A program made the translations under genes and the position numbers. Under the pieces are notes generated by a model that worked only from the letters and a program-made list of their open reading frames with translations, did no database searches and had not been told where the DNA came from. A stretch of 64,000 bases of DNA from Gordius albopunctatus (lineage: Eukaryota): NCBI GenBank assembly GCA_964276515.1, contig OZ193909.1:13950001-14014000 (forward strand), in the 5' to 3' direction. How positions within the stretch are numbered: the stretch's first letter is position 1; each line of letters starts with the position of its first letter. Shown here in pieces: positions 48,496 to 62,155 of this stretch.

Positions 48496-49710
48496 GTTGC
48501 ACTACGGCTATATCAGTCGATTCGTCACATAGAACAGTGAAAAAGAGGGATTTGTTAATATTGGTGACTATTTTTTGCGAAATGAGTTCATTGCAAATTG
48601 TAATTACCTCGTTTTGAAATTGAGGGTTTAGATAGAGACATAGACTAATAGACTGCTCATCCAGCGTACATTCGATGTAACAATATGATTTCAAAACCAT
48701 CCGCTATTTTTGTTATCTACACCTGACGAAATTTAAATACAGAAAAAATTAATTCTAGGCAAAACTAATTTATAAATTAGTCTCTCAAACCCTTCTATGT
48801 GTCCGCCCGGCAATGCCCGAATTATCCCAGCTGCCCGAACCTCCCGCCCCGAAATGGTGTGTTTCAAATTTTTAGCACTAATATCGTTATCTTTTTTAAA
48901 AATTGTATCTTAATTTTTGATTTTTTTATTAACAAACATTATGAAATCAATTTAAAAAGTGGCAAAATATACACAAAAACAATATAATACATTATTTTAA
49001 AAACAAAATTGAGCCCGAATTGCCCGAATCTTGTTATGGTGCCCGCCCGGGCCCGTCCGAAATTTAAAATTTACGACAGTTGCCCGGCTTGTGGGCAGGT
49101 TCAATCTGGTCTCTGATCTCTATCATCCCTCTCCCCTATTTTTCAATTCTTATAAACCTTTAATATTTTTCCTATATAAATAAACATCCCCGTGCAGCCG
49201 TAAAGCATAACGTTAAGTATTAAAAATAAATTTGTCTCAACGAAATAAAAAAAATATTTACTAGATTAAGCCCTCAAAGGATATTTTTGCTAAAAAAAAT
49301 TAAATTTTATATTATGTCAAGTGCTCCTAGTATTTAAAAGAAATAAATACCATGCAATCCATTAATTATTAATCTGTGTTCAATAAGGAATAATGAATTT
49401 GTACAAATACAAAATAATAAACTATTCCACTCCCCCCCTTTCCAGGGGCCTAACCAGGATTTTTCCAAGGGGGGGAGAGGAAAAAAAAATTTTCCTTACA
49501 TTTACAGCAAAAAGTCAGTCGGCCAAGGGGCTGGGCAGGCAACCTAAATTTGGATTTTCAAGTAGGCCGGTCGGGTAGCATAACAATGAGATATTTTATA
49601 TAGCTTACTCTTTTTTTGTCACTTTTTTATTTATAAAGATTGCAAAATTAAATAAAAAATTTTCGAAAATATCACAAAATGAATGCCTGAAATTTAAAAT
49701 TTTCATTTTG

Positions 49711-50503
49711 GGACACTCCGGAGCATTTTTTAAGATTTGCTCGAGCCAAATTGTTTGAATAGTTTTTAAGATATTTTGTTTTATGCGTTTTGACGTTTAA
49801 TAAAATGTCAATCAAACGCAACCTCATGACGTACTGCGCATCTATCGTGTTCTTTGAAAATTTGAATATACAGTTCTTTAATAAAAGTGTATCACTTATA
49901 GTATTTTCTAGACCGCCATGCGTGTAGGTAGTGTAGTGTGATAAATGTAGGCATGTGCTGCGGAAAATGGAAACTTTTTACGATTTGAAGCATTAAATCA
50001 AAGTCATTTTTTTGCTTATTTTTCACGTCAATTATTATTATAGGACAGTCGTGTCCCTTCCTGCGTGGCTAAATAAATTAAAAAATGTCATTTTATCATT
50101 TTTTGCGCGTTAAATAAGGAGAAAAATGAAAATACTTTTAACAAAGTGCCAATAAATGTTGATATATCTCAGTTCTTCGGACATTATTAAGTTCAGAATT
50201 AAAAGTTTTATTCAGAAACAAATCATTATAATTATGATATTGTTTCTTAATTACAAAAATTGGAAAAAATTGCTTGAAGGGCCAGGGGTCAAAGATTTTT
50301 TCCTTGGGAGGGGGGGGGGCATGGGGCCAGGTTTTCTCTCTTGGGTGAGCCTGGGCCTTAGACCCCCTTTAACCATTTGTTTAAAAATTATCAAACTTTA
50401 TTTTTACTTCAATAACCGCTTTATCATCATATATGCCCTAAAATTCCAACATAATTTAATACACCCGGTAAATGGCAAAACATCGTTTGCCGTGTTCATC
50501 TAG
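49711..50503 (+). mobile_element. 5'-truncated copy of the non-autonomous Helitron
   Basis: Close match to 30918-31767. Ends GGCAAAACATCGTTTGCC...CATCTAG|T. Confidence 0.85.
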
Positions 50504-51095
50504 TAACTTATAAGTGATTACTGACTAAATATTTTTAATTTAATATTTTATTTATATCATTTTTTTAATTTTTGCTAGGGGGTTGGTCTTAGCTATGCTA
50601 CTAAGCTACATCATTTTTTATTACTTTTTCATCTACATCTTTAAACAAATCAGGTAAAAATTATATAGGATAGAGAAACATAGCTTAATTAGGTTTGGAT
50701 ATGCATATATTTTGTCTATATATGCTTCAGTAACAACTTAAAAAATAAACCATAATATTTATAACAAATGTAATATATAAGAAAATAATTACTATATTTA
50801 ACATAATAGCCACAATCATAATAGGAAATTTTGCAATGGATTTTTCAAAAATTAAATTAAATCTAAACTATATTATTTTTTTTAATCAAAATATTTCTAA
50901 ATTTTGGCCCCCTGCCCCCCCCCCCATAAGCGCCTAAGAATCTGTGCATCATCGTGGCAACGCTGTGAAACGTCTTCTTAACAAATCAGTATAATTTCTG
51001 AAGCCATTGTGTCGGTTTCAGAATTATCAATGGGGAGGTTTATTGTAAAAGAGATACAAACAAGTTATCATTTGCTATGTTTATTATTGCGTTTC

Positions 51096-51640
51096 TGTTC
51101 AAAAATAAAGCTCTTCAAAAAAACTGATCAGGAAAAAAGCTAATAAAAAATTTAGACCCTAAAATGTACTCGATGTCTTATGAGGTGTATGTCGCATAGC
51201 AAATTTGAAAATAAAATTTAAATATTGAATATGTAAAAATGGGTTAGATATTCAAAAATAGGATTTTTAAAAATAAGATAATTAGATTTATTAATATGAT
51301 ATCTAAAAATAGTATAGATATTCAAATATGGTGGGGAACTTCCTTTAGAAGGTTAAATCTAAATTGCCAAAGAATCTTAAATCCATGGATTAATCTAAAT
51401 TGCGGGAGAATACGTTTAAATTCTCAATTCGATATTCTGCACTATACGCAGAAATTGCCAAATATTCCTAAATTTACATTAGATTGTATGCACTATACTA
51501 TTATACGTCGAAATTGCCAAATGTTCCTATTGATTTATTAGCTTTTTTTCGGATCAGCTTTTTTTTGAAGAGCTTTATTTTTGAACACATTTTAGGGTCT
51601 AAATTTTTTATTAGCTTTTTTTCTGATCAGCTTTTTTTGA
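51096..51640. repeat. Foldback-type inverted repeat with duplicated arm
   Basis: 51096-51168 is complementary to both about 51535-51588 and about 51587-51640. Short internal tandem repeats. Confidence 0.75.
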
Positions 51641-51799
51641 ATAAGAATCTTATTATTGTATTGCTGCTCCTGCAGCTTATATTTTTATTAGGAAAAGAAT
51701 GTATTATTAAACACTTAGGTCTTCTTATTATTGAGATCAGCCACTTTGTGAAAGTACAAATAATTTCAAGCTTGTCTTCCAATTATGCAATTAGTAGAA

Positions 51800-52140
51800 A
51801 GTGACCATTTTATGAAAAAAATTTGCTTTAATACCCCTGTTGATTCTGAAAGATTAAAGTCCGCCAAATACTCAGAACTTAATCCCTCACTGCTTTTCTC
51901 CGCTACAGTGACCACTACCCTTACAACAATAGGTCCTAAAACTCAAGCCCTTCTGAAAGAATTGGGATGCCGTATAGCAGCCAATACCCTTGACAATAGG
52001 CAAACTTTTTTCATCAAACAGAAAATTGGAATCATTATTTGTCATTTCAACGCTATCGCAATTTTCGAATGTTTGCCTCGCATATGAGTTTTATAGTTGT
52101 TTATAGTTTCATTTAATAAAAAATTTTATTACAAAAAAAA
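51800..52140 (+). mobile_element. CRE-like LINE 3' fragment with A tail
   Basis: KSAKYSEL...IGPKTQALLKELG.RIA....D.RQTFFIKQKIGIII..FNA.AI...LP*, then AATAAA and an A run. Confidence 0.7.
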
Positions 52141-52417
52141 TAATTGTTTAATATGGTGTTTCAATTAGAATACAGAATTCACTTATAACAATGATTATTC
52201 AATGAAATCTATTTTTGAAACCTAACATAAGTATTACACTTTGTTAAGGACTTTTGTTATCTGATATTAGCTTGATATAAATTTTTAAAAATAAATATTA
52301 AAATTCAGCAAAGTAAATAGCGTTGAGTTGGTTAATATGCGTCCCTATCATGGCGGACTTCACCCTAATGTATAGTGTTATGATTAATCTATAGGTATTC
52401 TCAAACAACGGGATGCC

Positions 52418-55400
52418 ATATTTAAAAGACTTATATATTGAGCTTTATACAATAGTATTTTTAAATATTAAAATTTTTAAAAACGCTGAAACAATCGTCA
52501 GCTCGAAAGAAAAGCACTTTTTTGAAAAGCTATCGTCTTGGTGTTAGATTTTTTTAAAAGGAGAAGCTAGCAATTATTTTAAATTTGACAGCGGAATTAA
52601 AATTTTCTGCTGATCACTTAAGGATCAAAAACTATTTTGTTATCAACTCATTTTCCATATTTTAATGTCGGGTTCATGTTGAAAATTTTAGAGCAAGTTT
52701 TAAGTGAGGTTCGGGTCTCGAATAAGACTTTGCAAGACTCCATCCAGTTATTATCTTATTTATGACAAAAGATCTAAATACACTGTTTGGTTACTTCACA
52801 AAACTCGGTTAGGTAAAGATAGTAATAAGTGTTTAAGACACGTCTAGCCTAGAATTTTAGGCAAAGACAAGGCAATATATGTTTAAAAAAGGTCTAATTT
52901 ATTCGATACTTAATATATAATACCATAAATGGTTATTTACTTTGTGATCAGTTTTTAAAATAAAATACGTAGATAATAGTTTTATTACTACTACAATTAA
53001 GAAAATACTTGAGCATCTCACAGGACAGACGGAATACCCCAACACCTTTTAGTTTTTTTCCAATTTTGACTCTGAACTTTTTGTCGTTTAATATCTAAAT
53101 ACTGCTTATCTAAGTAACATTTGGACCTATGGAATCCATATTTTTTTTATTTATAAAAGATTTAAGGTCCAAAGTCAACTTTTCTCATCCCGACCCGACC
53201 TAAGGGCGTTTTTAAATTTTGAACCCCGATCCGACTTGAACCGATGAAAAAATAAAAATCGTTTTATTTAAAAACAATTAAATAATTGCAGTATGTTAAA
53301 TTTATCAAATTAAAAGTGTTAGTTCCGTACAAATCAATTTAGAATGAGTTTAATTAAGATGAACTTGAACAGTTCTACACATTATAAATACATTATTATT
53401 ATTATAACAGGTATAAAATTTGTTGGGGGCGAAACGTTGAAAAGTTCAATTAGGGAGGGGGATGGGCAAAACATAATTTTTTTAATTTTTGAGGGTTTTT
53501 GCATTAAAAAGAAATTTTTGTGCCCCCCCCCCCGGCTACGCCCATGTTTGACGTATTACCTTAAAACGTGAATTTTACACATAAATAAAACTCATTTAAT
53601 AGATTTATATATTTCAGTTTAAGTAAACTTTAAATTAGAAAGTAAATATAAGGTGTGATGGAATTTTCTTAACAAATTAAATTGATTATGTGATTGATTG
53701 CATAGCAATTAAAGAGTTTTAAATGTAAAGGCACTATTTCTAAATTCGGCATGTTGTTAAAAAATATAATACCCACCTTATTTTTTATATTGATCTTAGC
53801 CATGCTTAATATCTTATAAAATAGCAATTAAGGTTCATTCCAAATAGGAACTAGTTGAAGATCATGGACGTAGGCAGGGGGGACGCCCCCCCCCCCTACA
53901 TGACGAAAAATTAGTTTTCAATGCAAAAACCCTTAAAAATTAAGAAAATTTAGATTTCGCCCCCCCCCCCCCCCCTGATTGAACTTTTAAACGTTTAGCC
54001 CCCTCCCCCCCTAATCCAAAACCTGGCAACGCCCGTGTTCAAGATCATAGTTCAATTTTTAACAAAATATCCAGCAAGCTTTTTAAATCTCAATTCCATT
54101 AAATCAATAAAGATATTGCAAAGTGAGTCATAGGCTTAGACCCGACCTAACCTTTTTTAAGTCCAACTCTAGTGCATTTTTAAATTTTTCGAATAAAAAA
54201 TCATTTTCATAAGAAATGTGGATATACTTGCTGCTTCGATAACAGAAACATAATTAAAATGATGGCTGAAACAAGCGTCCAACGCCATATTGAAAATTTA
54301 TATTACTTCATGATTTTCAATTAGGGGATCTACTTAGGATTTTTAACATAAAAACAGACCCCAGACTTTTTTTATTTTTTATGTAACTCATTTAAATTAC
54401 CATGATTTAGCGATATTTAATGTTTCTTTCACTTTTTTATTTTCGCTTTTCTCTTACAAAAAAATATATATTATAGGAAAATTTACAACTCCCAAATAGC
54501 TTCATTCGTCACAGCTTCAGCTTGGAGTGTTGTTCTTGTTTCTCAAAATTGTCTGCGAGATTTACGAGGCGCCATGACATTTCATTTTTTATAAAAGTTT
54601 ATATTTATATATTTGGGCATACAGTGATTCTTGAATAAATTCTATACTGGTAAGAATTTTATATGATAATATTATTTAATTTAATTTTTGTATAAAAATA
54701 GATTAGGATATATTAATTTAATATAAAATATCCCCACAATTAATATCATTCATTTAAAATGACTACTTTGATTTAATTTTTCATCATTTTTTCCTTTTTA
54801 TGATCAACAAAGCCTCATTTTTTTAATCAGCACAGCATTATGTAATTTAATTTATTAACGCAAGGTTAGGGGGGGGCAACCACATCCCCTCGGATTGTTG
54901 AAAAGTCTATACTGTACCTGTAGATTACATCTTATGGATTTACAAACTTATACTTTATTTTATTTAATCCCAATTTATAAATTAAAACTAATAATTTTAT
55001 AATGGATTTGTTGATAGTCTATTTGACCATATAACACTTGCGTGTTATTCATGGGTTTAGCCAGGTTTTGGATATGAGGGGGGGGGCAATAATGATTTGG
55101 GGAGGGGCAAAATAAATATTTTTTCCAAATTTTAATAAATTTCAACAATTTTTTAGATTTAGAGGGGATCACCCGCCCCCCCCCATGGCTACGCCCATGT
55201 ATATATTTATTATGCTTATCTTGAATTTCGCTAGATTCGTTAATTACAATTATTTGCTCTCGAGCCGAAAAATCATATTTTGTGAAACCTTATTACTTTA
55301 CTTTGAATATATATGGACAAGCATAAGACTCAATGGTATATCGATTTATTTAACAATATATTTATTGAAAAGCTATTGGTTTTTTCTGACTATTAAGGTT

Positions 55401-55870
55401 AAATAGAATAAAATGCAAATGACGTCTAGTAGGAGCAACAATGCCAAATATTTTTTACAAATAAAATTTATAAAGTAAATGCCGCAAAGTGGTCAATATT
55501 TTCATGGTTAGTAAATGTTGTTGGGATTTTCTCAATGGGGGGGGGGTTCAATTTTTTTCGTAAAATTCTTTTTTTTGGCCACGCTTGGCCGGCAACAAAA
55601 GGATTTGAGCAACGTGGGTGGGCCCATTTAGGTGGTATTTCGTATAGTGTCTTATTTTATTTTTGTGCATTATTACGTCACCTCTTTATTTGATTGTATA
55701 ATGATTTTATCAATCTTATATTTCTTATCTAAAAAACTGATAATCAAATTTATAAATGTATGAAAGTATACCCAAATTACTGCTACAAATTTCATTGGAG
55801 GGCAAGGCAGTTCGCATTTCTGAAGGGTTTAAGTGGGCCGGGGTGGGTTATTAGTTATAAACTCGAACCG
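52418..55870 (+). repeat. Segmental duplication, copy B
   Basis: Colinear with 29378-33915. It lacks the Helitron and RTE inserts and carries its own MITEs. Confidence 0.85.
53863..54037. mobile_element. MITE of the CATGGGCGTAGCC-end family
   Basis: TSD TTGAAGAT/TTCAAGAT. Empty site in copy A at about 30068. Confidence 0.85.
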
Positions 55871-56888
55871 AGATGGGTTCGGGCACAAAATTTCAACAAA
55901 TCTCACCCCTAAAATTTAGATTCTGTGTAAATATGAAAAATTTTGTTGAGTGGTGCATGTGGTTGGCATTTTTTAGGCTGTGTCTTGGGGCGACAGGTTT
56001 TGGGTTTCAGACAAAGCCATATATACCCTTGTGTGTGCCGTTAAAATCACTAGTGTTGTTAAATTGCTATGTTTATTTAATCGACGCAACTTTAATACCA
56101 CTTTTCTCAAAAACTACTAAAGATAAAAACATTTTTGAATCAAATTTAAAATATTGGATTGGGATAAATCATATGATACGGTTTTATTTCCTTCATCATT
56201 GGCTCTTGAATTAAATCGTTCAAAAATCGTAAAAATCGCAATTCCGACCTGCCTTCTTTTATTCAATAATTACATACATTCAGCAATAAGTTTTTGCAAC
56301 TTGATACACATATTTAAAATCTGTATTTTCCAACATTTTGATAGTATTTTAAATTCATATGAGTACATCATTCATTTATAAAATAAATTGCATAGCAATT
56401 AACTATAAGTCTATTAATAATTTTACGTATTTTTCTTGCAAAAATGGCGGAAAGATAATCAGCCTGTGCTACCCTAGCCATTAAATTTTTGTCAATTCTA
56501 GCCTTAGAGCCGCGAGTTAACGCACTTTCAATAAGAATGAGAAGGACCAGCTTATTTCCTAATAAAATAAATAGCCTTTAAATTATAATTTTTGATTAAA
56601 ACTCATTTTATATTCCCTAGCTTAGGGACCTTATGAACTATACACAATGTTTTTTTATACAAATAAATAATTTTTAAAAAATGTCAACCTGTTTTTAGTA
56701 GTGCGAGGGTGATGCGGCGAAATTTTTAGGTTTTATCTGGGGGCTAGGCCAGAGATTTTATTTGTGTGGGTATGGGCCGAGCCTGAACCTAAAAGTCGAC
56801 CCATGTAGGTCTCCTTTATGAAATATAGACGAGTTTCAGTACTCTAGAACTAGGCACGAGTCCGAATGTTATTAAACTTTATCTAGAT

Positions 56889-59800
56889 TAGAGATCTGCA
56901 CGGGCCGGCCCGGCCCGCGGGCGGCTACGGACGGGCTTTGTATCATAAAAATTTTAACGGGCCGGGCCCGGACGGGCCTAAAAATTAATGGAACGGGCTC
57001 GGGCGGGCCTGAAGTTTTATAAGTGGGCTTAAACGAACCAGAGATTATATAAAAGGTCTTGGAGTTACAAAGGTGCTTAAACATAAAACAATTAGAAAAA
57101 ACAAAAAGTCAATATTTAGATGAAACTATTGAGTTTGAGACAGATTTCGATCTGTTAAAATGGTGGAAAGCCAAAGAGGACAAGTATTATATTTAAAATT
57201 AATTTTATCCTTTAATAGATATCCTAAATTAGCACATATGATATTATGTATACCGGCTACGAGTGCCACCAGCGAGCGAAATTAAGAAAGGCGAACTCGC
57301 CTAAAACCAGAAATTGTTGATGATTTATTATTTTTACATAGTGCTGTAAACATTTGTAAAAAAATCGAACGCGTTCGCGTTCAACGTTCATTGACAAAAA
57401 TTGAACGCGTTCACGTTCACGTTCGTTAAGAAAAAAAAGGAACGCGTTCACGTTCATGAACGCGTTCACGTTCGTTCAAAATTTTATGATAATTTTTTTT
57501 AAATTTAATTTAATATAAATAAATGTCTTATATTTTTTAATACAATAAATAATAGCCATGATAAAAAAATGATAGTTTTATTTCTACAATATAATTGTAA
57601 ATCAATATAATTATAATCTAATAGAGCGAATATAAAGGTTTTTTATTTATAAAAAATTTTTCTTATTGATTTTTAATAATAATTGTTTCTCAAAATTGTC
57701 GTCTGATAAGCAGGAACGCTTGGCAGTTAATACAGCATTAGCTATACTAAAAACCCGCTCCACAGGGGCAGATGAGGGGATTGGAGTATTATACTTAATA
57801 AACAAATTTTTTAAAGGAGGAAATTTATTAAAAACATTTAATGTTTTGTCCCTCGCTTCAAAAAATTGCGACAAGATATCATCCTCTAATCCGCCCTCTA
57901 CTTCCTCGTCAAAAAAAATGATATCTCGGAATTGACAGCTCTTTCGTTATCAATTCTAGGGGTTTCAATCCCTTTTTTCAATAACACTAAAAGATTATTC
58001 TTTAAAGCTTCATTTTCTCGAAGTTTAATCCAAGGCCATTGAAGCTTGAACATTGGATGTATAATGGCCGAAAGAAGATATTGATCTTCATATATATGTT
58101 GAAATCTTTAAAAAAATAAAATATATGTAATTAATTTGATAGTAATAGGTTTGTTACCTTTTATTAATCCCATTTAATACAGCGTCAATCAATGGTTGAC
58201 CATATTTTAGGCTAGTAATTTTTTTTAATTTCAAAATAACTATTGTTATTGTTGGAGTCAAATAGCCCAAATGCATATTTTCCTCACTTTCTAAAATAGT
58301 AAGAGCGGTAGCAACAGGTTCCATGATCTATTTTAATATTTGAAATTTATTATAATATTTATCCTAAAAAATTTTATGAGGACTTACAGTACAGTATTCT
58401 TCCAAAAATATTTTATCATTGGTTGTAAGCCTTGCTAATCCTCCCATGTCGCATACTTTGTCAAATAAATGAGGTTTATCTTTTATTAATGAGTCTATTA
58501 ATTTTAAGGAATTATAATATGAATTCCATCTTGTAACAACAGGTCTTATAAGCATCCTTGATAAATTTTTCTTTACATCATCAGCAAATGATGTTGACTG
58601 ATTTTGCTTGTTCCATAAATTTTTGCATTTATCAAATGCACTTTTTAATATGTTTTTAAAAGATGGAATTTCTAGTGCCTTTTCAGCATCGACACTTGCC
58701 ACTAAATTAAGATTGTCTCATGCACAAGAGTGATGTTTTGGTAGGTAAATAAAATTTTCCTGCCTACTTTGATATTGAAATATTTCATATAATGAAAATG
58801 ACACAATTTCATCTTCATCATCTTCAGATACTTTCTCAAATAACCTATAATTTGTTTAAAAATATAAAATGTAGATTATTTATTTATACCTAAAGGCCTT
58901 TAAAAAATTTCTTGCATTGTCAGTGACATATAATGCCACCTTGTTCTGTATCTTAAATCTTTTAAGAAGGTTTGAAATTGTTTCTGCTAAATAATCAAAT
59001 GTATGTTTGCTAGTTAGCCTTTGGCAAGCTAAACATGCTGATTTTCTTTCTAAAGTGACTACATCCAACCAGTGGACAGTCATGCCTAAAAATGAACTAA
59101 TAATATTAAGAAATTGATTTCAAATTATGCACAAATTACCGATGGTATGATGACCATGAATCCGCTGTGATACAAAGAAAGGTTTGGTTGGCTAAACAAG
59201 TAATTATTTTATCTATCATGATGTTATAATTTTTGGATATTTTTGATATAAGCGTTGGGCGGGACATAACATTTTTATTAGGTTGTAAAGTGGTTATCAT
59301 TTTTAAAAATGAAGGTTTTTCAACTATATTAAATGGCTGTAGATCTTCTATCACAAAATTGATTATTACATCATCTATCTGTGATTGATTCACATATGAA
59401 TATGAATCATTTTTGTTACAGTTTAGATTCTGTTTGAATTTTTCCCATTTTACCTTTTTATTATTTTTATCAGAAGATTTTGAAAGATATTCATTTATTT
59501 CTTTTGTCATATTATCATGATGGTTCTATAAAAATAAAATACTATTATGCTATAGATGATATTAATAGATTTTTTAATATTTATATTCAAAGTTTTACAT
59601 ATCCTAGATACCTTATTTTTTGCAAAAATCTTATACTATTCCCTATTTTAAATATATTGACAAACAAAATTAGCTTCAATAAAATTACTAGTCTCCCTTC
59701 CATATCTATGCTAAGAATGGACTAATATTAATATTAAAGTGTCTTAAAGGTATTAAAATTTGTATCTAAGATATATACTTATATATATAATAATATTATA

Positions 59801-60646
59801 TTACCATAAGGTGTCTTTTTAGATTTGAGCTCGACCCTTTTGAAACAGATATCATACTTTTTGGACACATTTTACATTTGGTAATTATATTTGATCCTTT
59901 ATATGAAACGAGTGAAAAATATTTTTCATATTTTGGCCATGGCAATTTCAATTCATCTTCTGATTTTGAATATTCAGAATCTGAAGATGACGACGATATA
60001 ATAATATGATTGTCCATATTAACCTATAAATTAAACTATAATTAATAATATGAAATTAATTAACTTATCTTCTTTTGCACGTTATAGTATGTTAAAAGTA
60101 TTTCTGAATCGGTAATAGGAAACAAGAAAAACAGCTGATTAAAAAATATAAGACTTTTTTGTTTAAAAATTCAAATTAACATTATTTTTCAAATAAATAA
60201 AAATGAAGATTTTTAAAATTGAACGAACGTTAAATTCGAACGCGTTCATCAAAAAAGGAACGCGTTCACGTTCAAAGTTCACCAAAAAAAAAAGAACGCC
60301 GTTCACGAACGCGTTCACAAAAATTGAACGCGTTCATTTACAGCACTATTTTTACATGATAATTATTGATGTCTTTCTATGAATATGTCAAAAAATTAAA
60401 TAAAATTTTGTGAAATTTTTGATGAATTAGGACGGACGCGGAGTTCGTTTAAAAAAATTTTTAACGGGCTTGGACGGGCCTGAAAAATTTATGGACGGGC
60501 TCGGACGGGCCTAAAAAATTTACGGACGGGCTCGGACGGGCCTGAAGTGTTGAAAAAAATTACGGGCGGGCCCGGACGGGCCTTGAAATTTTAAAAACGG
60601 GTACGGGCGGGCCGACCTTCTAAAAACGGCACGTTGCAGATCTCTA
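56889..60646 (+). mobile_element. Non-autonomous hAT element hosting a full-length hAT
   Basis: TIR TAGAGATCTGCA, perfect TSD ATCTAGAT, and ACGGGC subterminal repeats. Remnant FDLLKWWK...PATSATSER...DDLLFLH. Confidence 0.92.
57339..60348 (-). mobile_element. Full-length hAT transposon, multi-exon BED transposase (60017-57647) with inactivating lesions
   Basis: TIR TAGTGCTGTAAA and perfect TSD TTTTTACA. Motifs: CKMC..RHL, ITADSW, GMTVHW, TDNARNF, TRWNS, PSSAPVERVFS. TGA at 58720-58718 falls in the CxxH motif and there is a poly-T frameshift at about 57915. Confidence 0.93.
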
Positions 60647-61160
60647 ATCTAGATCATCATGGGCGTAGCATGGTTTTGGATGGGGGGGGGGGCAAAACCT
60701 AATTGTTTTTAATTTTTGAGGGTTTTTGCATTAAAATGTTTTTTTCTCGTCATTTAGGCCCCCCCCGGCTATGCCCATGAACATCATATTTAGATTGCTG
60801 TAAAATTAGAATATTAATCCTACACTGAAAACATACAATTTCTCAACCCAAAGTCTCAGGGTGACTTACCTATCAGATCAATGAAAGATAGTTTTAGCAC
60901 AGCAATTGTCCCTTTGGCAGAGGATGCAGCTTTAAGCTATGATTTAAAACTTCTAACGCTCACTTTTACTCAACTCCACTATTTTTCTTAATAAATATTT
61001 ATTATTTCGAAATAGTATACATAATTATAACCTAACATGATTATTTTATCTACTATAAAATGTTATAATACAGATATTAATATTTCATCAATTAAAATAT
61101 TTTAAATGTAACTATATTCCAAACGATTACTCATATCAATTTTTAAAGCTTTTCACCAAA

Positions 61161-61780
61161 ATGAATGATAAGCAGGTCGTTGCTGTCCCTGGCAAAAATT
61201 GGAATGAAAAGTGTCAAAACGCATTGAAAGATGAGCTTTTGATAGATGTCCATTTTTTGGTATGTTTTGATTATATTAATTTATTATCTTTTTTTAGTTT
61301 GAAGAAGATGGCAAAGTTGTAACTCACAAGGCTCACAAATTTTTATTAGCAATGAGTAGTCCCGTATTTCACGCAATGTTTTATGGGCCTACATCTGTTT
61401 CTAAACCCGCGGAAGAGATTACTGTTGTGTCAATTGAGGATATATCTTCCCGAGTTTTTGCCATCTTATTGGAGTAAATTAAATATTCTAATAATTTATT
61501 TTATCACCATAATTTCGTGATTTCTCATTTATTGTGCCAATTTAGTTTTATATACCACCAGGATAAATTAGTGAACATGAACATTGGTAATTTGGAAGGC
61601 TTAGAACGTGCCCAATTTTTAAACGACCTTTTGTATGCTGCAAAGAAATATATGTTAGATGACATTAGAAAAGTAATTGGGAATAAAATAAATTCCGAAA
61701 TAGTGTTAATAAACGCTTATTATCTTTTGCGGCAAGGAAAATTATTTCACGAGGAAATTAGTTGCAGTACATGCTGGAAG
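61161..61780 (+). CDS. Second BTB-BACK paralog, exons 1-3 (61161-61259, 61298-61473, 61546-61780); last exon not in window
   Basis: Near-identical to 36982-37601 with intact frame and splice sites. Intron 3 homology continues to about 62819. Confidence 0.82.
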
Positions 61781-62155
61781 GTATAAAAAATTATAACACA
61801 AATACTTTGATCTAACTATTTCCTATAATTAATTAAATCAATAATGATTAAAAACTTGTAGGGGAAACTGAGGATAGAAGAGCCATATGAAATTAAAAAT
61901 ATATTTTTTATAATTTTCCGCTAGAATATATTTTCACGATGTATTTTTAATCTAGGCAAAATATTATAAAACTTTTTATATATTTCTTCCATAAATTGGG
62001 TTAAAAAGTCAAAATCCCCAGGTAATTCATATTCTTATTTAAGGGATAGAATGACCTTAATGTTTTCACTTTATTTTTATAAATGATTATTTTACTATAA
62101 AAAGATAAAAATAATATAGGTTATATTTTACGGATTTCAACTAAATATAACATGA

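Larger units (their letters stand above)
46785..48700 (-). mobile_element. hAT Tip100/P52rIPK-like transposase fragment split by an insertion
   Basis: YLNPQFQNEVI...FFTVLCDESTDIAVVQ (48640-48496) resumes as QMSLCAQYLD (46815-46785) on the other side of the 46822-48495 insert. Confidence 0.75.

Noticed and set aside
57360..57480. GAACGCGTTCA and TGAACTAGTTCA arrays as CRISPR-like repeats
   Set aside because: Irregular spacing, no unique spacers, eukaryotic context. They are hAT subterminal repeats.
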